Source of the DNA: a virus
Direction: 5' to 3' (one strand)
Virus record (IMG/VR): IMGVR_UViG_3300012983_000048
DNA: 64,000 nt
Made by a program: the position numbers and the translations under genes. The notes under the pieces were generated by a model, which was given only the letters and a program-made list of their open reading frames with translations, was not told the origin of the DNA and ran no database searches. Positions 9,926 to 20,403 of this stretch are shown here, piece by piece; position 1 is the first letter of the stretch, and each line of letters opens with the position of its first letter.

Positions 9926-10558
9926 GTGAAGACTATTATGGTGGATTTTGATGATACAATTGTATCACTTAGTGAAATGTTTTGTGATAGATGGAATCAA
10001 TGGGTTACATTAAACCATGATGATTATTTAGATACAACCTTAAGATTGAGATTGGAAAATATCACACAATATAATTATACAGATAGTATCTATGAATTTT
10101 ATAAGAAAAAAGACACACTTATGGAATATCAATATATTTCATCTATTGTTGACAAATTTATGGATAAAATCTTCTTTGATACAACATTTTATGATAATTC
10201 TTATCTAGCAAATGATTGTAATAAAATATTTGAATTATTAAGAACTGATTTCAAAGATTATTATAAAGTATTGCATACAAAGAATGCTTCAATGAATATG
10301 ATTATATCTAAATCAAATTTTATTAAAAAATGTCAAGAAGAAAAAATAGTTGATTTTTCAATTTTTGATAAGATATTATTTGAATTGGAAATGAATGACA
10401 ATCCAAAAGATACAAATATGTATGATGTTATTATTGATGATTCACCAAAAAACATTGAGTATTTTTTAAACAATAACAAAGATGGTAAAGTTTATATGCC
10501 ACTAAAACCATTTAATAAACATTTGCATAATAGTGATACAAGGATTATAACACTATGA
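9926..10558 (+). CDS. HAD-superfamily hydrolase, possibly 5'(3')-deoxyribonucleotidase-like
   Basis: GTG start 9 nt after GAGGAG. N-terminal HAD motif I MKTIMVDFDDTIV (DxDxT). First gene of the long plus-strand operon. Confidence 0.45.
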   Translation: MKTIMVDFDDTIVSLSEMFCDRWNQWVTLNHDDYLDTTLRLRLENITQYNYTDSIYEFYKKKDTLMEYQYISSIVDKFMDKIFFDTTFYDNSYLANDCNKIFELLRTDFKDYYKVLHTKNASMNMIISKSNFIKKCQEEKIVDFSIFDKILFELEMNDNPKDTNMYDVIIDDSPKNIEYFLNNNKDGKVYMPLKPFNKHLHNSDTRIITL

Positions 10559-10944
10559 TAAAAGATAATGAAACATTGAACCAAAGAAGAAAATTATCAT
10601 ATATGATAAATGTTTGGGATGATGTTTCATTACCATATACAATTGATTATGATAATATAATAAACAATGTTATTAAATTTTTTGAGACAGAATCTGAATT
10701 AGTATATCCTGCTAAATCATATTTTGTAGCAATTGTTTATGCTAAATGTTTGGAAAAATATTTTAGCATACCATTCTATGAGTCATTAGATTATGAGGAT
10801 TTATTATTTGATGACAAATATTTTGTGAAATATTCTAATAATAATGATGTATATGATAAAATTATTGAAAAAATTGGTGATATATGGCAATATAAATCAA
10901 TAGATAAAACAGTTGAATATTTTAAAAAAGAGTTTTTAATATGA
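10555..10944 (+). CDS. hypothetical protein
   Basis: 129-aa ORF overlapping its neighbours by 4 nt on each side (translational coupling). Confidence 0.45.
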   Translation: MIKDNETLNQRRKLSYMINVWDDVSLPYTIDYDNIINNVIKFFETESELVYPAKSYFVAIVYAKCLEKYFSIPFYESLDYEDLLFDDKYFVKYSNNNDVYDKIIEKIGDIWQYKSIDKTVEYFKKEFLI

Positions 10945-11738
10945 AAACCATATATGCAATACCAACATATAATTGTAATTTAAATTGTCCTCATTGTGAT
11001 ATACACAAAAGAAAAATACAATTTGATGAAGAAAAATTTATGGAAACACTAATTGATATACATGCAGATAGCATTGTCTTATTTGGTGGTGAACCTTTTT
11101 TAAATAAAGATGTCCTTAAAAAATGTATAGAAACAAATAAAATTAACAGCATATCCACAAATTTATTATTATTAGATAATGACATATTTAACTTAATACA
11201 AGAATATAATATATCATTAGCAACATCATGGAATCCAAAGAGATTTACAACAGAACAATACAAACTATGGTTGAATAATTTATCTAAATTTAAAAATACA
11301 AATACACCAATAGATGTGTTAATAACAATGACAAATGATTTGATAACAATGAGTGATGAAAGATTATTAAAAATATTATCTGATATTGATTATTTGGAAT
11401 CTGTTGATGGTATAGTGTTTGAGCATTTATTAGATAATAACCTTGATAATTTATTTCACCAAAGATGTGATGAGTGGTTATGTAAAATACACAATTTATG
11501 GAAATTTAAATTAAAAAATGTTATTGAAGAACGAGTTTTAAATTGGAATAATGATTGTTCAGATATATGGACATTAGAACCAACAGGTGAATTAAGATTT
11601 GGTTGCCCACAATACATAGGAAGAAAGATTGTTGATAAATGTTTAACATGTGAATTGGTTTCAAAATGCAAACCATGTATGTTACAAAAACATTGTAGTT
11701 TTCCAAAGAAATTATATGAGGTATTAGGCAATGGTTAG
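10941..11738 (+). CDS. radical SAM protein with C-terminal Cys cluster (SPASM/twitch-like), singleton type
   Basis: CNLNCPHC (Cx3Cx2C) at aa 12-19. GGEPFL SAM-binding motif. C-terminal CPQY..CLTCELVSKCKPCMLQKHC. Confidence 0.7.
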   Translation: MKTIYAIPTYNCNLNCPHCDIHKRKIQFDEEKFMETLIDIHADSIVLFGGEPFLNKDVLKKCIETNKINSISTNLLLLDNDIFNLIQEYNISLATSWNPKRFTTEQYKLWLNNLSKFKNTNTPIDVLITMTNDLITMSDERLLKILSDIDYLESVDGIVFEHLLDNNLDNLFHQRCDEWLCKIHNLWKFKLKNVIEERVLNWNNDCSDIWTLEPTGELRFGCPQYIGRKIVDKCLTCELVSKCKPCMLQKHCSFPKKLYEVLGNG

Positions 11739-12795
11739 TTCAGCAATTGATTGTGTTTTGTTTGATATGTGTAATTTAAATTGCAAACATTGTTTTCAAC
11801 AACACAATGTATTTAAATTCAATAAGGATAAAATTGATGAGTTTGTTTATCATATAGATAAAACAATTAGTGATGATATTAAAACCAAATCTATATCAAC
11901 TGTTTTATTATCATTGAGAGGTGGGGAGTTATTCCAGGATAGTTTAGGTGATGATGTATTTGGTCTATATAAACAAATGATAGAAAATATAAATTTTTTA
12001 TGCAAGACAAAATATCCATTAATTAATATTAAATATCATTTTATGACTAATGGAATATATAATAATATTGATAGAGTTGTTGATTTTATTCAATCAGTAA
12101 ATGGTGTCATGACATTATCATATGATCCAATTGGAAGATTTAAAACAGATAAACAATTAGAATTGTTTTATAGAAATTATGAAATTCTTAAAGAGAAAAA
12201 ATTGATAAAAAATATAGCAATAACATTGACAAAGGATTCTATTATAGAATATATTAAGAATAAAAATTTATTAAAACAGTTTTATCAGACAGATATTGAT
12301 ATAAATTATTATATACCAACAATGAATGGATTTGATTTACCATCAGATGATGATATATTTGATTTTTATAAATTTTTATTAGATAATGATATATTTAATG
12401 TGTTATATGTACAAAATATTTTAAACAGTTATATATATGGAACTCCAATTGGTCCAATTTGTTTATGTGATAATACTACTATTATATACAATAACAATTC
12501 ATATAGAAGTTGTAATGTTTATATACCAAATTATAAATTGAGTGACTTTTATGATGATACAAATATAAAAGATTTAGATGCTGTTGAATCAATAAAGAAA
12601 CAAGGTTTAAAGAAAAGAAATTGCATAATGTGTGAATATTATAAAAACTGTTCATATTATTGTTGGATGATGTTGTGTTATAGAAAATTTAAAATGTCAG
12701 AATGTCCCCATAAACGTATATATAAATATATTGAAAATAATTCAAAGATAATAGAAAACTTTAAAATATGGAAAAACACAAATGATATTAAATAA
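11731..12795 (+). CDS. radical SAM/SPASM-like protein, sub-family A (member 1 of 4 tandem)
   Basis: CNLNCKHC. LRGGELFQD. Tail RNCIMCEYYKNCSYYCW..ECPHKRI. Overlaps the previous ORF by 8 nt. Confidence 0.7.
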   Translation: MVSSAIDCVLFDMCNLNCKHCFQQHNVFKFNKDKIDEFVYHIDKTISDDIKTKSISTVLLSLRGGELFQDSLGDDVFGLYKQMIENINFLCKTKYPLINIKYHFMTNGIYNNIDRVVDFIQSVNGVMTLSYDPIGRFKTDKQLELFYRNYEILKEKKLIKNIAITLTKDSIIEYIKNKNLLKQFYQTDIDINYYIPTMNGFDLPSDDDIFDFYKFLLDNDIFNVLYVQNILNSYIYGTPIGPICLCDNTTIIYNNNSYRSCNVYIPNYKLSDFYDDTNIKDLDAVESIKKQGLKKRNCIMCEYYKNCSYYCWMMLCYRKFKMSECPHKRIYKYIENNSKIIENFKIWKNTNDIK

Positions 12796-13882
12796 CATTT
12801 ATCATAAAGAGTATGAAACTAATCTTGGAATTGATTGTATATTGTGGGAACAATGTAATAATAATTGTCTTCATTGTTTTCAACAACATTTAAAACAAGA
12901 TATTGATATAAATTTTTTAAAGACTCTTCCACCAATATTATTAAAAGATATTGATGATGAAATTATAAAAAGAAAAGTATCAAATATAAAATTATCATTG
13001 AGGGGTGGGGAGTTATTCCAGGATAGTTTAGGTGATGAATATTTTACAGAATATGAAAATATTATATCTTATATAAGACATAATTTATCTAATAAGTATC
13101 CAAATATAACAGTAAATTTTGATGTTATTTCAAATGGATTGTTTAAAAAAGTAGATAGATTTATTGATTTTGTTAAGAAGACAAATTGTAAAGTGTCATT
13201 ATCATATGATCCATATGGTAGATTATTTACACAAAAACAAAAAGATGTATTTTTAAATGTATATAATATATTAAATGAAAGTGGATATTTACGTGATATA
13301 TCAATTACACTAACAAAACCTTGTATTCAGCATTATATAAATGGAGATAGTGATTTAGAAATGTTTAGAAAGTGTGATGATATTGATATAAATTATTATA
13401 TACCAAATAAAAATTGGAAATTTTTATTACCAAGTGATGATGATTTATATAATTTTTTCAAATGGTTGGTTGATAATAATTATTTTAATGTTGCATATAT
13501 ACAAAATTTAATAAAAAGTATTATAAACAAAGATTACAGACCAAACAGAAGTTGTTCTTGTAATAATAGAATTATACACAACAAAGGCATCAAAACAACT
13601 AAATGTTCTGAATATATGGGTGGTATGGATGCTAAAGATTTTTATGGTGATGCTTTTGAAACAATGACAGAAGATAATTTTAATATTATTTCTGCATCTA
13701 TTGGTGTTAAAAAAAGAGGTTGCCAAATGTGTAAATATTATGATAAATGTCAAATGTGTTGTTGGTCCTCATTTAATTTTAAACATTATGAAGTTGGGGA
13801 ATGTCCCCATAAAAGAATTACCGAATATATAATAAACAATCAACAAATTATAGAAAGATTTAGGAATACTATTAATGACTGA
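12782..13882 (+). CDS. radical SAM/SPASM-like protein, sub-family A (2 of 4)
   Basis: CNNNCLHC. LRGGELFQD. GCQMCKYYDKCQMCCW..ECPHKRI. Shares a 43/44-nt near-identical tract with ORF 11731. Confidence 0.7.
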   Translation: MILNNIYHKEYETNLGIDCILWEQCNNNCLHCFQQHLKQDIDINFLKTLPPILLKDIDDEIIKRKVSNIKLSLRGGELFQDSLGDEYFTEYENIISYIRHNLSNKYPNITVNFDVISNGLFKKVDRFIDFVKKTNCKVSLSYDPYGRLFTQKQKDVFLNVYNILNESGYLRDISITLTKPCIQHYINGDSDLEMFRKCDDIDINYYIPNKNWKFLLPSDDDLYNFFKWLVDNNYFNVAYIQNLIKSIINKDYRPNRSCSCNNRIIHNKGIKTTKCSEYMGGMDAKDFYGDAFETMTEDNFNIISASIGVKKRGCQMCKYYDKCQMCCWSSFNFKHYEVGECPHKRITEYIINNQQIIERFRNTIND

Positions 13883-15020
13883 ACTTTTAACTTATCCAAA
13901 TTGGTCATATAAAACACCATTTATACCATTTTATAAAGATCCAACCCTTTATGAAATATCTTGTCTTTTATTTGAAAGATGTAATTTAAAATGTAAGTTT
14001 TGTTTTGAAGGTCATAGAAACAATAAAATAGATGTTGATTATATAAGAAAAATACCAAATCTAATAATTGATAACTTCAAAGAAGAATATAAGAAATATA
14101 ACAATATCAAAGAAGTTAATATAATGCTTTGGGGTGGAGAGTTATTTTTTGATGCATTACCTGACTCATTATTTGATGAATATAAGTTGTTGGTAGATAA
14201 TTTTAGAGAGTTATTTAGTGAATCATTTCCAAATATAAAAATTAGATTTTCATGGTTATCAAATGGGGTTTTTACTAAATGGGAAAGAGTGAAAGATATA
14301 ATTGAATATTCTAATGGTATAATTAATTTCTCATATGATCCAATTGATAGGTTTGGTTCATATAAACAAAAGGAATTAATGCTAGAAAATTCTAAAAGAT
14401 TTTATGAATTTGGTTTGAGTGAAGTTGTGTCTATAACACTAACAAAACAAAATATTAATGAATTCATATCAAACACAACAGATATAAACACCATGATGTC
14501 AACCATTGATGTTAATTTTTATATACCAAATAAAAATTGGGAAGAACTAATGCCAACAGATGATGATATATTTAATTTCTTTAAATGGGCATTAGATAAT
14601 AGATTGTTTCATATTAAAGTTATAGAGAAATTAATTTGGTATTATACAACCGAATATATTCAAAGACACTGTGATTGTAAAAGTTGTTCTCAATTAACAT
14701 ATGGTGAATGGAGTGTTGATTGTGCTAAACGAAGTTCTGAACTCCCAACAGAAATGTTTTTTGGTGAATATGCTAATATAATAAATGAAGAAAATAGTAA
14801 TGATATTAAGGTGTCATTGGGTATTAAAAAAAGAGGTTGCCAACTGTGTAAATATTATGATAGATGCCAAATGCCTTGTTGGATAAGTATGGTATTTAGT
14901 GAATATAAAACAACAAGATGCCCATATGAGAAAGCATATGAATATATTGAAATTAATAAAGATATATTATATGATTATATGAATTGGTGTGGTAAGGAAA
15001 TAAAATGTTTAGTAAAATAA
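13875..15020 (+). CDS. radical SAM/SPASM-like protein, sub-family A (3 of 4)
   Basis: CNLKCKFC. LWGGELFFD. GCQLCKYYDRCQMPCW..RCPYEKA. Carries 104-nt and 50-nt tracts identical to ORF 15005. Confidence 0.7.
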   Translation: MTELLTYPNWSYKTPFIPFYKDPTLYEISCLLFERCNLKCKFCFEGHRNNKIDVDYIRKIPNLIIDNFKEEYKKYNNIKEVNIMLWGGELFFDALPDSLFDEYKLLVDNFRELFSESFPNIKIRFSWLSNGVFTKWERVKDIIEYSNGIINFSYDPIDRFGSYKQKELMLENSKRFYEFGLSEVVSITLTKQNINEFISNTTDINTMMSTIDVNFYIPNKNWEELMPTDDDIFNFFKWALDNRLFHIKVIEKLIWYYTTEYIQRHCDCKSCSQLTYGEWSVDCAKRSSELPTEMFFGEYANIINEENSNDIKVSLGIKKRGCQLCKYYDRCQMPCWISMVFSEYKTTRCPYEKAYEYIEINKDILYDYMNWCGKEIKCLVK

Positions 15021-16120
15021 ATTTAGCAAAACAAGATAAAATACATAATGATAATAAGTTTGGTATTGATTGCCTTTTATTTGAAAGGTGTAATTTAAAA
15101 TGTAAGTTTTGTTTAGAAGAACATTCAAATAATAATATTGATTATGATTATATAAGAAAAATACCATATGATATTGTTGATAGAATGAAGGAAGAAATAA
15201 AAACACATAAAGATATCAAAGAAGTTAATATTAGATTATGGGGTGGAGAATTATTTTTTGATGCATTGCCTGACACATTATTTGATGAATATAAGTTGCT
15301 GGTGGATAACTTTAGAAAGTTATTTAGAAAAGATTTGAATGATGTTAATGTAACATTTTCTTGGATTTCTAATGGTGTTTTTACTAAATGGGAAAGAGTG
15401 AAAGATATAATTGAATATTCTAATGGGTTTATAGGATTTAGTTATGATCCAATTGATAGATATTCATCAGACACACAAAAAGAAATGTTTTTTAAAACAG
15501 TAGAATATTTTTATAATAATGACTTATTAAGTGATATATCAATCACATTGACAAAGAGAACAATTAATTGTTATATTAGTGGTAATAGTGATATTGAAAA
15601 GTTAAGAAAATATAAAAAGTTTGATGTTAATTTTTATATACCAAATAAAAATTGGGAAGAACTAATGCCAACAGATGATGATATATTTAATTTCTTTAAA
15701 TGGGCATTAGATAATAGATTGTTTGGTATATATGATATAGAAAAACTTGTTATGACATCAATGAATACTTCAAAAACAATTGGTAGAACCTGTAATTGTG
15801 ATAAACATTTATCACATTGTAAAAATTGTGTAACATATAATTGTGTTAAAAGTTCAACAATATTTGGAAATGATATGTTTTATGCTAATGAAACACAAAA
15901 CATTACAGAAGATTCTGTTTCAAATATTAAAGCATCATTGGGTATATTAAAAAGAGGTTGTTTAACTTGTAAATATTATGGTTCATGCTCAATGCCTTGT
16001 TGGACATCTATATTGTTTAAACATTATAAAATATCAGAATGTCCATATAAGAAAGCACATGATTATATAACAAACAACAAACACATAATAGAGAAATATA
16101 ATGAATACAAAAAATCTTAA
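15005..16120 (+). CDS. radical SAM/SPASM-like protein, sub-family A (4 of 4)
   Basis: CNLKCKFC. LWGGELFFD. GCLTCKYYGSCSMPCW..ECPYKKA. Confidence 0.7.
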   Translation: MFSKINLAKQDKIHNDNKFGIDCLLFERCNLKCKFCLEEHSNNNIDYDYIRKIPYDIVDRMKEEIKTHKDIKEVNIRLWGGELFFDALPDTLFDEYKLLVDNFRKLFRKDLNDVNVTFSWISNGVFTKWERVKDIIEYSNGFIGFSYDPIDRYSSDTQKEMFFKTVEYFYNNDLLSDISITLTKRTINCYISGNSDIEKLRKYKKFDVNFYIPNKNWEELMPTDDDIFNFFKWALDNRLFGIYDIEKLVMTSMNTSKTIGRTCNCDKHLSHCKNCVTYNCVKSSTIFGNDMFYANETQNITEDSVSNIKASLGILKRGCLTCKYYGSCSMPCWTSILFKHYKISECPYKKAHDYITNNKHIIEKYNEYKKS

Positions 16121-16985
16121 TTTATCTATTATACCATTATATCATTGTAATATGAATTGTGATTATTGTTATTTGGGTAATATGAAAAATGATAAAACCA
16201 TATTATCATTAAAAACACTTGATGAAAAAATTGCTGAATTATTACACAATGGTTATGATTTTTCACATATTTCAATATATGGTGGTGAAATAAGTTTATT
16301 AGATAAAAAATATCTTGATAATCTAATATATTTAATTAGAAAATGGGAAATAAATGTAACAACAAATTTGACAAATGATTGGATTATAGATTATTGTAAA
16401 AATAATAATATTCATATAAATGTATCATTAAATGAGGAAAGAAGCAATTATGAATATGTTTTAAAAAAAATAAAAAACATTGATTGTTCAATAACATCTG
16501 TTGTTCTTCCATCATTATTAGAAAAAGATATTAATAGTGTGTTAGAATTTTATAATTTGCTTGGTAAAAACGTTTATTTTTTGGAGTATAACCCGTCAAT
16601 ATATTGTAATAAGTATGATATATCAACAAAAGATTTTATTATATTTTTAAAGAATATTATAAATGAATATAATAAGGGTGACTATTGTTTTGATATAGAA
16701 AATATGAAATATTTAAATGATGATGAATACAATCCAACACAAAGTGGGTTTGTATTTATATTGCCAAATGGAAATTATGGGACAGTTGAATATAAAGATT
16801 CAATAGAACATTTAGTTGAGTTTGAATCAATCAATGAGTGGGAAAAGTATATTGTTAAAGAAAGAAAAGATTATTTAAAAAATTGTTGTTTATGTGAATT
16901 TTTTGATAAGTGTAAAGCAGAGCATTTAAAAACATTTTCAAAACCTTATTGCTCTGGTTTATATGATATTATTAAAAATAAATAA
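16101..16985 (+). CDS. radical SAM protein with short Cys tail
   Basis: CNMNCDYC at aa 16-23. IYGGEISLL. C-terminal CCLCEFFDKCKAEH..YCSG. Confidence 0.65.
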   Translation: MNTKNLNLSIIPLYHCNMNCDYCYLGNMKNDKTILSLKTLDEKIAELLHNGYDFSHISIYGGEISLLDKKYLDNLIYLIRKWEINVTTNLTNDWIIDYCKNNNIHINVSLNEERSNYEYVLKKIKNIDCSITSVVLPSLLEKDINSVLEFYNLLGKNVYFLEYNPSIYCNKYDISTKDFIIFLKNIINEYNKGDYCFDIENMKYLNDDEYNPTQSGFVFILPNGNYGTVEYKDSIEHLVEFESINEWEKYIVKERKDYLKNCCLCEFFDKCKAEHLKTFSKPYCSGLYDIIKNK

Positions 16986-17012
16986 TTGTATAATTTATTA
17001 TAAGGATTAAAG

Positions 17013-17732
17013 ATGGGTGTAACACAAAATCAAAAAATACAAAAAGTTACAGCAAATAATATAGTTGGTGCAATAACTGATTTTAATACAAATGTATTAA
17101 CAAAAGCATATAATCAAGCAACATACCATAGTGGTAATGTTCCAAAATTTTCTGGAACAGCAAATATTGGTTCAAATAATGTTGGGAGTGTTGGTTTTAC
17201 TAATCCAGCAGCATTACCATCAAATCAAATGTTGTCCAAAAGTGTTCCATCTTTAACATTATCTGATACTACTATATCTGCATCATCACTTTGGTCTCAG
17301 ATGTTAACAATGACACGAGCATTAAATAAGATTAGAAAATTTACATCAACATGGTATCATAGACAATTTACAACAGTAAACGATGATGCAAACTCATCTG
17401 ATCCAAATGGTGGTTCATTAATTAATAAAGGTTCAGTTTCAGGGACATGTGTTATAAATGCATCTTTCCCGGCAGTTCCAACAGCATCAAATGCATTAGG
17501 TGGTTCATCAACTTCTTGGGAAAGGAGTGGTACAACCTCAATAACATTGAATCCAAGTAGTGCCCTAACAACAAATGCCCAAATAACAGCTGGAAATATG
17601 AACACAACAATTACAAATTGTTATAATACATGGTATAATACTTGTATATCTGCAAACACATTGACATACAATTTATATACATGCCATTTAAATTGTCATG
17701 GTAATTGTTATGGAACAAGATCAAGGAGATAA
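17013..17732 (+). CDS. Ser/Thr/Asn-rich protein with Cys-rich C-terminal tail, a candidate radical-SAM substrate
   Basis: 239 aa with RBS AAGGA. Low-complexity S/T/N-rich body. The last 40 aa are ITNCYNTWYNTCISANTLTYNLYTCHLNCHGNCYGTRSRR (5 Cys). No enzymatic motif. Sits in the middle of the radical-SAM array. Confidence 0.5.
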   Translation: MGVTQNQKIQKVTANNIVGAITDFNTNVLTKAYNQATYHSGNVPKFSGTANIGSNNVGSVGFTNPAALPSNQMLSKSVPSLTLSDTTISASSLWSQMLTMTRALNKIRKFTSTWYHRQFTTVNDDANSSDPNGGSLINKGSVSGTCVINASFPAVPTASNALGGSSTSWERSGTTSITLNPSSALTTNAQITAGNMNTTITNCYNTWYNTCISANTLTYNLYTCHLNCHGNCYGTRSRR

Positions 17733-18460
17733 TGATGTTAAATAGTGGATTACCATATAGTGATGAAATATTAAACAAACCAATGGATGAACATTTAATT
17801 GTTGATATGTCTGATATTAAGTTTGATGGCATATTAATGTCTCAATATGCAAATATATCTATAATTTATTTAAGAAATACAGATTTAAAAAATATAAAAC
17901 TTGATTTTACAAAATCAGATTATGATTTTAAGTGTGATATGTTAAAGCAATATTTAATTGGTGATATTGAATATCAAATTGTTGAATTAGATGATACTTG
18001 GTTAAAAATCTTGGGAATGTATTATAATACATCATATAATACAAATGATTGTATATTGACAGATGATGAAATGAAGAAATTTATAGAAGATAATGAAAAA
18101 TTAATTATAGATGTTTTAACATTTTGTTTTTCATTACCATTATATCCATTATCAAGGTTAGATATGGTTGAAGAAGATAAATTTACTTTTGATGATGTAA
18201 CACATATTTGTGGTAAACCATTTAATAGTAATATTTGTAACTTGATTAAAAATGAGTGTTTTATGTTATTATTTGATAATAATGATATATCTATTAAACC
18301 ACATTTTTATGATGATATATTTACAGAATCAAACAATAAATTATTTGAATGTGTATCTAAATATACACCATTTACAGCATTATTATATGGGATGAGTAGT
18401 GGTGATGGATGGAAAGAATTTAGTAAAGGTTTAGCAGAATATGTTGATGGGGTAAATTAA
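17732..18460 (+). CDS. hypothetical protein
   Basis: The ORF track starts at 17705, but AGGAG at 17724-17728 followed by ATGATG at 17732 is the likelier start, overlapping the upstream stop as TAATG. Confidence 0.45.
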   Translation: MMLNSGLPYSDEILNKPMDEHLIVDMSDIKFDGILMSQYANISIIYLRNTDLKNIKLDFTKSDYDFKCDMLKQYLIGDIEYQIVELDDTWLKILGMYYNTSYNTNDCILTDDEMKKFIEDNEKLIIDVLTFCFSLPLYPLSRLDMVEEDKFTFDDVTHICGKPFNSNICNLIKNECFMLLFDNNDISIKPHFYDDIFTESNNKLFECVSKYTPFTALLYGMSSGDGWKEFSKGLAEYVDGVN

Positions 18461-18461
18461 T

Positions 18462-19499
18462 ATGCATAATGCTTTGAGTTTGGATATTTTAAAAGAAGAT
18501 ATCAGATATAATGATGACATTGAATATGATGTTGGTGATGATATATATCAACCAATTGTTGAAAGAGAACGAGGGAATATTGAAGATGAACTTGGTGAAA
18601 ACCCTTCATTGCCTGCATATGATAGGTATATTGTTGAAAAACTTGGTTTATCAGAATATTCACCAAAAATAATTACAGAAGATATACCATTGGAAACAAA
18701 TGATTTATCATATATTACTTCAATATCAACAAATGATTATTATGATTTTAATAATGAAATACTTAAAGATTTTCAAAATATCAAAATCTTTACAGAAGAT
18801 CCAATGGATGAAGAAACCTATAATTTATTAATACACGAAAGATATGATGGTATAAGATATTATGCACAAACAGATACCCTTGTTATTCCTGCACCAATTA
18901 AAAAGCATATAGATGATGGTGAAACTGTAAAAGCAAAAGTAACATTATATAATATGGATATGGCAACAGTAAAACATCAAATATTTAAATATCCATCTGA
19001 ACAATATATAAAACCAAAGGTTGAATTCCAATATTTACCAAAAACAGTAAAATGGAGTAAATTAACAGAAGAAAAGTTTGGTGAATTTACATATAAAGAT
19101 AATCCAAATTTTACAACTACATATTTATATAAAAATATGCCACGAGAATATTTAAAACAAATGGTTTATGAAACCGAGGTTTTAACATATGATTTGACTG
19201 ACAAAGCATATTATTGTCATGCAAATGCAAATTTTACAAAAGCAAGTCTGTTGGTTAAAGATTGTGTTGAGAATGGATTAAAGAGAGTTATACAGTTGAA
19301 ATTAACACCAGATGGTGTTTTGAGACCATACTATTCTAATAAAAGAATATTATCGGCATTATATACAAATGTTCCTACAATACCCGTTTGTATTATGATG
19401 AATACAACATATTTGGGAACATATGATTTATATTACAATCCACCAGTGAATAAAGATTTAATTAATAAATTAGTAAACCCACACATAACAATTTTATAA
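18462..19499 (+). CDS. hypothetical protein
   Basis: 345-aa ORF starting 2 nt after the previous stop. No motif recognised. Confidence 0.45.
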   Translation: MHNALSLDILKEDIRYNDDIEYDVGDDIYQPIVERERGNIEDELGENPSLPAYDRYIVEKLGLSEYSPKIITEDIPLETNDLSYITSISTNDYYDFNNEILKDFQNIKIFTEDPMDEETYNLLIHERYDGIRYYAQTDTLVIPAPIKKHIDDGETVKAKVTLYNMDMATVKHQIFKYPSEQYIKPKVEFQYLPKTVKWSKLTEEKFGEFTYKDNPNFTTTYLYKNMPREYLKQMVYETEVLTYDLTDKAYYCHANANFTKASLLVKDCVENGLKRVIQLKLTPDGVLRPYYSNKRILSALYTNVPTIPVCIMMNTTYLGTYDLYYNPPVNKDLINKLVNPHITIL

Positions 19500-19503
19500 A
19501 AGC

Positions 19504-20403
19504 ATGAGCATCATTGATAGAATTAAAATAGCATCAACAAGTATTGATTTATCTTGTAGTAATTTACCAACAGCAGTAAAATTGGAATTATCTGGTGTTT
19601 GCAATCATAAATGTTATTATTGTGTTGTTCCAACATTAAAAGGTTTGAAGAAGTTTATGCCTATTGATGTGGTTAATAAAACAATTGAAGAAATTAGAAG
19701 ATTAAATATAAAAGAAATTGGTTTATTTCATATGGGTGAGGGAACTTTACATCCACAATTTTGTGAAATAATTGATATAATACTTAATGGTTGTAATTCA
19801 AAGTTGTTTATAACAACTAATGGAACAAGAATAGATGAATTAAAATATTTGGTAAAAAATAACATACAATCAATTAAATTTTCATTAAATGGGTATAATA
19901 AAGAAACACACTTAAAAGCAACAGGTGTTGATACATTTGATAAAATAATAGAAAATATAAAATTGCTTATTAAATATAGAAATGATATAATATCATCAAC
20001 AGAAATATCTGCATCATCAATCTTCTACAATAATACAGAACAAGATGATTTTGTTGATAAAATGTCAAAAATTGTTGATAATTATTATTTTACTGAGATA
20101 TATTCTCATGCTGATAAAGTTATAAACAAATACATAGATTTAACAAATAATCCAAGAATTATTAATGGATTGTGTGGAAATATACCATGCTATGGTATGT
20201 ATAATTTATGTCATATAAAGACAAATGGTGATGTAAATTTGTGTAGGTGGGGAGTGGATGATGAGTTTGTTATTGGTAATATTATGGAAACTCCATTGGA
20301 TGAACTATGGTTTTCTGAAAAAGCAATGAATTTGAGAAATGAATCACTTGCAGGTAAATTAAAAACATGTAACATTTGCACGGGTATAAAAAATGGAATA
20401 TAA
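19504..20403 (+). CDS. radical SAM/SPASM-like protein
   Basis: CNHKCYYC. HMGEGTLHP. C-terminal CGNIPCYG..CHIKTNGDVNLCRWG..CNICTG. Confidence 0.65.
   Translation: MSIIDRIKIASTSIDLSCSNLPTAVKLELSGVCNHKCYYCVVPTLKGLKKFMPIDVVNKTIEEIRRLNIKEIGLFHMGEGTLHPQFCEIIDIILNGCNSKLFITTNGTRIDELKYLVKNNIQSIKFSLNGYNKETHLKATGVDTFDKIIENIKLLIKYRNDIISSTEISASSIFYNNTEQDDFVDKMSKIVDNYYFTEIYSHADKVINKYIDLTNNPRIINGLCGNIPCYGMYNLCHIKTNGDVNLCRWGVDDEFVIGNIMETPLDELWFSEKAMNLRNESLAGKLKTCNICTGIKNGI

Noticed and set aside
17705-17734. Track start at 17705 for the ORF after the S/T-rich protein
   Set aside because: It would overlap the upstream gene by 28 nt. AGGAG plus ATGATG at 17732 gives the canonical arrangement.
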